A stretch of 13,731 bases of DNA, taken from NCBI GenBank assembly GCA_040222015.1, contig JAVJWO010000187.1, forward strand, positions 1 through 13,731, written 5' to 3'. Of this stretch, positions 1-5,721 are shown piece after piece. The notes under the pieces are model-generated. The model saw only the letters and a program-made list of their open reading frames with translations. It was not told where the DNA came from and ran no database searches. Every line of letters starts with the position of its first letter. The first letter of the stretch is position 1. Source of the stretch: Coleofasciculus chthonoplastes F2-STO-03. Its GTDB lineage: Bacteria; Cyanobacteriota; Cyanobacteriia; Cyanobacteriales; Coleofasciculaceae. Both the position numbers and the translations under genes were made by a program.

Positions 1-126
1 ACGGCAGGGCATGTCGGAACTTGGATTTTAAATCCGAACGCTTCTGGAGACTCGACCTCTACTTTGATTGGAGAAATCCTGTCAAAGCAAGCCGGATCTG
101 TGAACGAAGAATCCCCGCACTTTTAG
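1..126 (+). CDS. tnpB: 3' end (41 codons, partial) of an IS200/IS605-family RNA-guided endonuclease TnpB
   Basis: Frame 1 from base 1 reads TAGHVGTWILNPNASGDSTSTLIGEILSKQAGSVNEESPHF* (TAG 124-126). This resembles the usual cyanobacterial TnpB tail (TxGHxGT...NAxG...EESP) and runs into the right-end hairpin. It is absent from the ORF track because the window edge cuts it. Confidence 0.8.
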   Translation, partial: TAGHVGTWILNPNASGDSTSTLIGEILSKQAGSVNEESPHF

Positions 127-141
127 GGCGGGGAGTGTCAA
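1..141 (+). mobile_element. Right end of an IS200/IS605 (IS605/IS1341-type) element
   Basis: Subterminal hairpin TCCCCGC(112-118)/GCGGGGA(128-134), then GTGTCAA, ending in the TCAA tetranucleotide (138-141) typical of IS200/IS605 right ends. MtnC-like coding sequence resumes exactly at 142. Confidence 0.85.
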
Positions 142-771
142 ATGAACCACTCGTAACCCTTTCTCTCTCGCCGCGACTAATTCCGGTGGCACGTCGGAAA
201 AGAAGGCGATTTTATTGGGCGCTAGTCCTAAAACCTCGATAATCTTATCGTAACTCATCGCTTCTTTTTTACTCCCCGTTGTTAAATCAAAATAGTTAGA
301 AATGAGTGGGGTTAAATCTCCCTCTACTGTGTGGCTGAAGAACATTTTTTGAGTGGCAATTGACCCAGAGGAATATATGCCTAACGTTAACCCCGATCGC
401 GCCCATTCTTCTAACTTTGGCTTGACATCTGGGTAAAGATGTGATTCAAATGCCTCCGTCTCGAACCCCTCTTTCCAAATCAGTCCTTGAATCGATTTCA
501 GGGCAGGGTGTTTGCGATCGCACTCAATCCAGTGGAGTAATGTTGCGATCGCGCCCTCTAAATCAATATCTTGTCCTTGTTCAGCTTTAACCGTCTGCTG
601 CGTCAGGTTAATCGCCTCAACCACCTCGTCTAAATTCTGATGGCTTAAAACAAACTGTTCCAACCGTTCTCTAGAGTAAGGAAACATTACCTTATGGACA
701 AAATGAATATCAGAGGTTGTGCCTTCAATATCCAACAAAATATACTTGACATTGGTTAGGGTAACAGTCAT
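82..771 (-). CDS. mtnC: Acireductone synthase / enolase-phosphatase E1 (HAD family); last 19 aa replaced by IS-derived sequence
   Basis: HAD motifs LLDIEGTT, IYSSGS, GSKKE and FFSDxxxEL, plus the E1 signatures FVHKVMFPYS, DRKHPALKSIQGLIW and HLYPDV. The start overlaps the mtnB stop (ATGA, 768-771). Codons from 141 to 85 lie inside the IS end. Confidence 0.9.
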   Translation of the reverse strand: MTVTLTNVKYILLDIEGTTSDIHFVHKVMFPYSRERLEQFVLSHQNLDEVVEAINLTQQTVKAEQGQDIDLEGAIATLLHWIECDRKHPALKSIQGLIWKEGFETEAFESHLYPDVKPKLEEWARSGLTLGIYSSGSIATQKMFFSHTVEGDLTPLISNYFDLTTGSKKEAMSYDKIIEVLGLAPNKIAFFSDVPPELVAAREKGLRVVHLTLPALKVRGFFVHRSGLL

Positions 772-1037
772 CTAATCCTTAACTCCAATAAACGACACTC
801 GAGCAGAAATTCCCAGGCTTCAACATAACGCTTCGCCGCCTGAATCGTGTTTCCCCAAGTATATAACCCATGACCCGCGATCGCGAAGCCAAATAACTCG
901 TCACATTGAGCTAAATAGTGATTCAAATTGTCCGCAAATTCTACCCTGTTTTGGGAATTGGGAAAAAAACGAATAACATTGGTCAATTCGATAGCCTTCG
1001 CCCTCGTCTGTTTATCTTCTAACCATCCGATTTCCAC
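768..1037 (-). pseudogene. mtnB: Methylthioribulose-1-phosphate dehydratase with a large in-frame internal deletion
   Basis: The C-terminal MtnB/class II aldolase signature (FPNSQ...GFAIAGHGLYTWG...AKRYVEAWEFL) is joined directly to the N-terminal helix (ELTNVIRFF). The product is 89 aa versus ~200 aa typical, and the GWxPATSxN and HTH motifs are absent. GTG start with GGAGG SD; coupled to mtnC. Confidence 0.8.
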
Positions 1038-1105
1038 CCGACTTAACCCTCCCTGTTTTTATCCTGAAATCTCATCCGGGTTGGCTTCTTTTCGGCAAGC
1101 GAGTA

Positions 1106-1140
1106 TAACCAATAACCAATAACCAATGACCAATGACAAA
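1106..1140 (+). repeat. Heptamer STRR (TAACCAA x3, TGACCAA, TGACAAA)
   Basis: Five tandem 7-mers directly after the dehydrogenase stop codon. Confidence 0.9.
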
Positions 1141-2100
1141 CTACTGATCACTCATATCCAGCAAAACCTTCAATACACCCTTAGTTTTTGCCTGTTCAAC
1201 CGCCTTAATTCCCTCTCGTAACGGATAATGACCTTGAATTAGAGGTTTCACATCCACCCGTCCTGACGCCAATAACTCAAGGGCGGGGGCAAAAGGACCA
1301 CAACGCGACCCAATTAGGGTAATTTCGTCTACAACCAGAGATGATGCATCAAAGGTTAATTGACCCGCGTAGGTACTTTTCAGGACTAAAATACCTCGTG
1401 GACGCAAAGCGCGGCGGGCGAGTTCAAATCCAGCCGGATTCCCGGTACACTCAACAGCGATATCAAAGGATCGGTGTGCGATCGCATCGGCAAATCCCCC
1501 ATTAATCCCGCGTGCCGATAAATTTGCCAACTTATGCCGATGACGCCCAACCACAAATAAGTCACATCCGGTTAGGGCAAGGGTTTGGGCAACTAATTGT
1601 CCCAGTTTCCCATCGCCCACCACCACCACTCGTTCCGTCGAACTCACCGTGACTTGCTGCTGAATTTCCAAGGCGGCGGCGACGGGTTCAGTAAAGGTCG
1701 CTAAATCTGTAGGTAAATTATCGGGGACTCGATGCAAGTTCTCTATTGGTAAACTAAGATAGTCGGCAAACGCCCCATGGCGGTTGACTATTCCCAATAC
1801 CGTGCGATTTTCGCAGTGGGTTGATTGTCCACTCTGACAATAGTGACATTGCCCACAGACGGCGTTAATCTCGCCAACAACTCGTTGTCCCTGTAACTCA
1901 GTCGGTCCTTGTTCGACAACACCGACGAACTCATGACCTAAAATACCCTTATAAGGATAATAGCCTCGAATTAATTCCAAATCCGTGTTGCAGATACCCG
2001 CCTGGACAACTCGTACCAAGGCTTCCCCCGGTGGTGGTTGCGGAATGGGGATATCGTGGCGGAGTTGCAGTTGATTATTTTCCAGCCAAAGTGCTTGCAT
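1141..2100 (-). CDS. Zinc-dependent alcohol dehydrogenase-like protein (MDR superfamily)
   Basis: GICNTD catalytic Cys, GHEFVG motif, structural Zn site CGQCHYC...C, TEPVAAA, Rossmann GDGKLG, ECTG and GSRCG. Confidence 0.93.
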   Translation of the reverse strand: MQALWLENNQLQLRHDIPIPQPPPGEALVRVVQAGICNTDLELIRGYYPYKGILGHEFVGVVEQGPTELQGQRVVGEINAVCGQCHYCQSGQSTHCENRTVLGIVNRHGAFADYLSLPIENLHRVPDNLPTDLATFTEPVAAALEIQQQVTVSSTERVVVVGDGKLGQLVAQTLALTGCDLFVVGRHRHKLANLSARGINGGFADAIAHRSFDIAVECTGNPAGFELARRALRPRGILVLKSTYAGQLTFDASSLVVDEITLIGSRCGPFAPALELLASGRVDVKPLIQGHYPLREGIKAVEQAKTKGVLKVLLDMSDQ

Positions 2101-2158
2101 TAGGATGAATTTTGGATCAAGATAACTTGACTAGCATTTTATTACGAGACGGAATCAG

Positions 2159-2686
2159 GTGGATATTCCAGAAGACGTGACCTTTGACGACGCGATCGCA
2201 CTCACTCAGTCGCTGATGACGCAACTGTCAGCCGGTGAACTCTCCCCAGTAGACGCGGCCGGTGCGATCGCCCAATTGGTGAAAACCACAAATGGTGCTA
2301 GAGGGTTCTTTGTCACGTACCTCACCGCTGACGACAGTTTAGCGGATCATCCCTCGCCAGAGGTAATTCAAGCCCTGCAATCCTCACCGGATACCGTCGC
2401 TGAACTGTTGGTGAAAAACTTAGCTATGTCCGCTGCCATGGCGATTACCCACCGGCGGAATCAGAATGAAGACTTGGCGCAAGGATCGGATCGAGTGCGA
2501 ATACGAACGATCCATTTAATTGAACAAATTAATCTACCTCAAGTGCAGGAAAAAGTAGTGGCGTTACGGGAAAGTGCCATAACTGGAGAAGGAAATTATA
2601 AGGCGTTTCTGGAACGTTGGCAATATGATGCCCAACAACGGGAGATTATTCGCCACACTCTCGATCGAGTGATTGTGGAGAGTTGA
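2159..2686 (+). CDS. Conserved cyanobacterial hypothetical protein (helical)
   Basis: 175-aa ORF with GTG start, two HIP1 sites and host-like composition. The motifs GARGFFVTYLT and ELLVKNLAMS are recalled from conserved cyanobacterial hypotheticals. Function unknown. Confidence 0.8.
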   Translation: MDIPEDVTFDDAIALTQSLMTQLSAGELSPVDAAGAIAQLVKTTNGARGFFVTYLTADDSLADHPSPEVIQALQSSPDTVAELLVKNLAMSAAMAITHRRNQNEDLAQGSDRVRIRTIHLIEQINLPQVQEKVVALRESAITGEGNYKAFLERWQYDAQQREIIRHTLDRVIVES

Positions 2687-2692
2687 GCATAC

Positions 2693-2723
2693 GACAAATG
2701 ACAAATGACAAATGACAAATGAC
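2693..2723 (+). repeat. Heptamer STRR (GACAAAT x4)
   Basis: Tandem GACAAAT units between the hypothetical gene and gatB; they supply spurious upstream ATGs. Confidence 0.9.
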
Positions 2724-2774
2724 GATCCCAACCCCCACGCTAAAATAGACCAAAACTCTGACAACGAAACACCT

Positions 2775-4259
2775 ATGACCACCGCAGCACCCGCAAAAAC
2801 CAAATACGAAGCCATAATCGGTCTAGAAACCCACTGCCAACTCAACACCGCCACCAAAATATTCTCCCACTCCTCCACAGAATTTGGCACTCCCCCCAAC
2901 ACCAACATTGACCCGATATGCATGGGACTTCCTGGCGTGCTACCGGTTCTCAATCAAAAAGTCCTAGAATCCGCCGTCAAAGCTGGATTATCCCTCAATT
3001 GCCAAATCGCCCCCTATAGTAAATTTGACCGCAAACAATACTTTTATCCCGACTTACCCAAAAACTATCAAATCTCTCAATATGACCTCCCCATCGCCGA
3101 ACATGGCTGGTTAGAAATCGAACTCATCGATGACGACGGAAACCCCATTGACAAAAAAATTGGCATCACCCGCTTGCACATGGAAGAAGACGCCGGAAAA
3201 CTCGTCCATGCGGGAAGTGATGGACTCTCCGGTTCCACCTACTCCCTCGTCGATTTCAACCGCGCAGGTATCCCCCTCCTAGAAATTGTCTCAGAACCCG
3301 ACTTGCGTTCTGGCAAAGAAGCCGCCGAATATGCCCAAGAATTGCGCCGGATTATGCGTTACCTGGGTATCAGCGATGGCAATATGCAAGAAGGTTCCCT
3401 ACGCTGTGATGTAAATATCTCCGTGCGCCCCGTTGGTCAAAAAGAATTTGGCGTGAAAGTTGAGATCAAAAACATGAACTCCTTTAACGCCATTCAAAAA
3501 GCCATTGACTACGAAATCGAACGGCAAATCGAGGCAATTGCAACTGGGGAACCGATAGTCCAAGAAACCCGCCTCTGGGAAGAAGGAAGTCAACGCACGA
3601 TTAGTATGCGAATTAAAGAAGGGTCTAGCGATTACCGCTACTTCCCCGAACCCGACTTACCGCCGATTGAAGTCTCCAAAGAACAATTAGAACAATGGCG
3701 CAGTGAACTCCCCGAACTTCCCGCCGAGAAACGGCATCATTATGAAGAGAAATTCGGGCTTTCTGCCTATGATGCCCGCGTCTTAACTGAAGATAAACTG
3801 GTTGCGGAATATTTTGAAGCCGCTGTAACTGCAAATGCCAATCCTAAACAAGTGGCAAACTGGGTGATGGGAGATATTGCGGCTTATCTGAATACGGAGA
3901 AACTGGCGATTACCGAAATTGCGATCAAACCGTTAGTTTTGGCAGAACTAATTCAGTTGATTGAAGATGATACGATTAGCGGCAAAATCGCCAAAGAAAT
4001 TCTCCCGGAACTCCTATCAAAAGGTGGTTCAGCCAAGGAAATAGCTGAAAGTCGGGGACTGATTCAAATCTCTGATGTCACCCAACTCGAAGCCATCATT
4101 GATGACGTGATTGCTGCTAATCCCAAGAAATTGGAACAGTATCGGAATGGTAAAACCAAGCTGCAAGGGTTTTTTGTCGGACAGGTGATGAAGGAAACCA
4201 ATGGACGGGCAAATCCAAAATTAACCAACCAACTTTTAGGTAAGAAGTTGAAAGGATAA
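2775..4259 (+). CDS. gatB: Asp-tRNA(Asn)/Glu-tRNA(Gln) amidotransferase subunit B
   Basis: Motifs [71 protein letters not shown] and GFFVGQVMK. Start placed at ATG 2775 (MTTAAP), not at the repeat-derived ATG 2712. Confidence 0.98.
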   Translation: MTTAAPAKTKYEAIIGLETHCQLNTATKIFSHSSTEFGTPPNTNIDPICMGLPGVLPVLNQKVLESAVKAGLSLNCQIAPYSKFDRKQYFYPDLPKNYQISQYDLPIAEHGWLEIELIDDDGNPIDKKIGITRLHMEEDAGKLVHAGSDGLSGSTYSLVDFNRAGIPLLEIVSEPDLRSGKEAAEYAQELRRIMRYLGISDGNMQEGSLRCDVNISVRPVGQKEFGVKVEIKNMNSFNAIQKAIDYEIERQIEAIATGEPIVQETRLWEEGSQRTISMRIKEGSSDYRYFPEPDLPPIEVSKEQLEQWRSELPELPAEKRHHYEEKFGLSAYDARVLTEDKLVAEYFEAAVTANANPKQVANWVMGDIAAYLNTEKLAITEIAIKPLVLAELIQLIEDDTISGKIAKEILPELLSKGGSAKEIAESRGLIQISDVTQLEAIIDDVIAANPKKLEQYRNGKTKLQGFFVGQVMKETNGRANPKLTNQLLGKKLKG

Positions 4260-4268
4260 ATTTTGGGT

Positions 4269-4546
4269 TAGGGCGGGTTTTGTTGTCCGGTTATTGGTGA
4301 GCATCTACATTGATAGGCTAAACCCGCCCCTACAGAAATTTCTGTTACACACCGCCTAGAATCTATCGTCGGGGCGATTCATGAATCGTCTCTACTGGTA
4401 TTATTACTTTAAATACCTTTAGTTGAACTCAAATCTTACACCAATCATTGTAGGGTGCGTTAGCGAAGCGTAACGCACCATTATCAAGGTTGTAGTTTTA
4501 GGTTGGGTTGACGCCTCCTGCATAGGCTAAAGCCCTGACTACAAAC
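4269..4546. repeat. Cluster of GTAG-type REP-like palindromic repeats
   Basis: TAGGGCGGGTTT(4269-4280)...AAACCCGCCCCTAC(4320-4333); GTCGGGGCGATTCATGAATCGTCTCTAC (4368-4395); GTAGGGTGCGTTAGCGAAGCGTAACGCACC (4450-4479); GGCTAAAGCCCTGACTAC (4525-4542). The first may also act as the gatB 3' hairpin. Confidence 0.8.
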
Positions 4547-4630
4547 CAATTTTAACTCCTATAAGGTAAAGGCAAAATGGTAACCTATATTATTATCGGT
4601 CCTATGGGATGAATGAGTGGGGGGATACCT

Positions 4631-4840
4631 GTGAAACGAGAGGATGTGTTAGCGATTGTTAAAGCTCATCAATTGAAACTTCAAGAACTTGGTGTCAAGT
4701 CGTTGGAGTTGTTTGGTTTTAGTCGCATCCGGCTTTATCTAGAAGATATTTTAGGCTGTCCTGTCGATTTAGGGACTCAAGATGCGTTGCGAGAGCATTT
4801 GCGTGAACCTGTTTTGGAGGATGTGATTCGTGTCTTCTAG
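4631..4840 (+). pseudogene. Minimal nucleotidyltransferase (MNT/MntA-type antitoxin) with the catalytic motif deleted in frame
   Basis: The MNT-like N-terminus (MKREDVL...LGVKSLELFG) is fused to an MNT-like C-terminus (IRLYLEDILGCPVDLGTQDALREHLREPVLEDVIRVF). The GS-x10-DxD segment is missing, giving 69 aa versus ~95 aa typical. Likely GTG start at 4631. Confidence 0.8.
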
Positions 4841-4847
4841 ACGTTGA
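4830..4847 (+). pseudogene. Probable 5-codon relic of the partner HEPN (HepT/DUF86) toxin gene
   Basis: GGAGG (4816-4820), a 9-nt spacer, then GTG TCT TCT AGA CGT TGA overlapping the MNT stop. The position and the M-S-S-R start are as expected for a coupled DUF86 gene. Confidence 0.5.
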
Positions 4848-4863
4848 CTAAAATTTAATAGTA

Positions 4864-5229
4864 CTACTCCCTCTGCAAGTAAGCAAAACTACTATTTTTA
4901 CAGCAATCCAAGAGTTCCAAAAGTTTTTTTAATCGATACGTTCTTTCTCCTAATATTTCTTTTGAGAGGGTTTTATCTAAGTCTACTAACATGGCTGCTG
5001 TTTCTTTCAATATCATTTCATTGAAACAGGCAGCAAACATACTTCTTGTGGTGCTGGATAAATGAATTAGTGGTAGCTCTACTTCTTCTCCATCAAGACA
5101 AATTGTGGTCATTTTAGAACGCCCGACTTGAGCAAAGTCTGAATAGGCTAACCACTGATAAAAATCTTCTCCCATCCGAATACTTTGAGAAGATTGTCCA
5201 TTTTTCCCATAGAAATTAATGTTGAACAT
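4864..5229 (-). CDS. Hypothetical protein, 121 aa
   Basis: Open ORF with ATG start, AGGA upstream, 19 bp after the previous gene. AT-rich; no recognisable motif. Confidence 0.7.
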   Translation of the reverse strand: MFNINFYGKNGQSSQSIRMGEDFYQWLAYSDFAQVGRSKMTTICLDGEEVELPLIHLSSTTRSMFAACFNEMILKETAAMLVDLDKTLSKEILGERTYRLKKLLELLDCCKNSSFAYLQRE

Positions 5230-5248
5230 GACTTTTTCCTATCTCATA

Positions 5249-5689
5249 TCAGTAATTACTAAATATTGATTCAGGTATATTTTCAGCAAAAGCAATACCC
5301 GCCTGGTTCAATTTTTGCTTGCTCGGTTGGGAAATTCGGTTAGCGCTGACAATTCCGATGACAGTTCCTTGGTTAATAATTATATCCACTTCCTTGCCAT
5401 AGAGATATTGAGTTTTAATTTCCAGATGCGGATTACTGGTTGACGTTACCGTCGCCTTGCCAGAAATCGAGTCATTCTGATTAAAGTCCTGATGGATTTC
5501 TCTAATCACTTGTTTGGCTTTCAGTGTATCGGCTGAGTTGATAATCTTTATATCACCGTTCTCGTCGTTACCATAGGTTTCCCGACAGGGAATGTTATGG
5601 GTCGTTAATTGAACGATAACCCAGCGTTTCAGGTTCCTGTGCTTTTGGAGTATATTTATCAGTTTGTCTTCATCAGATTGTTGTTCCAT
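5249..5689 (-). CDS. Hypothetical protein, 146 aa
   Basis: Open ORF 32 bp downstream of the helicase stop on the same strand. AT-rich; no confident family. Confidence 0.7.
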   Translation of the reverse strand: MEQQSDEDKLINILQKHRNLKRWVIVQLTTHNIPCRETYGNDENGDIKIINSADTLKAKQVIREIHQDFNQNDSISGKATVTSTSNPHLEIKTQYLYGKEVDIIINQGTVIGIVSANRISQPSKQKLNQAGIAFAENIPESIFSNY

Positions 5690-5721
5690 GCTAAATCACT
5701 GACCATCACTCCTACCAAGGT

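Larger units (their letters stand above)
1..161 (+). ncRNA. Predicted TnpB omegaRNA/reRNA: scaffold to 141 plus flanking guide from ~142
   Basis: Inferred from established TnpB biology: the RNA overlaps the tnpB 3' end and right end, and the guide is the ~16-20 nt beyond the end, here ATGAACCACTCGTAACCCTT. Boundaries are approximate and expression is not shown. Confidence 0.55.

Noticed and set aside
21..242. 73-aa + strand ORF
   Set aside because: It is out of frame with the tnpB tail, crosses the IS boundary and lies antisense to mtnC; a chance ORF.
2712..2774. 21-aa N-terminal extension of GatB
   Set aside because: The ATG comes from the GACAAAT repeat; cyanobacterial GatB typically begins at MTTA (2775).
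2564..3834. Minus-strand ORFs 2564-2953, 3399-3593 and 3625-3834
   Set aside because: Antisense shadows of real genes, partly translating the STRR (FVICHLS).
4844..4848. TTGAC at the HEPN truncation point as an IS200/IS605 target scar
   Set aside because: A single 5-mer is expected by chance and no IS end hairpin adjoins it.
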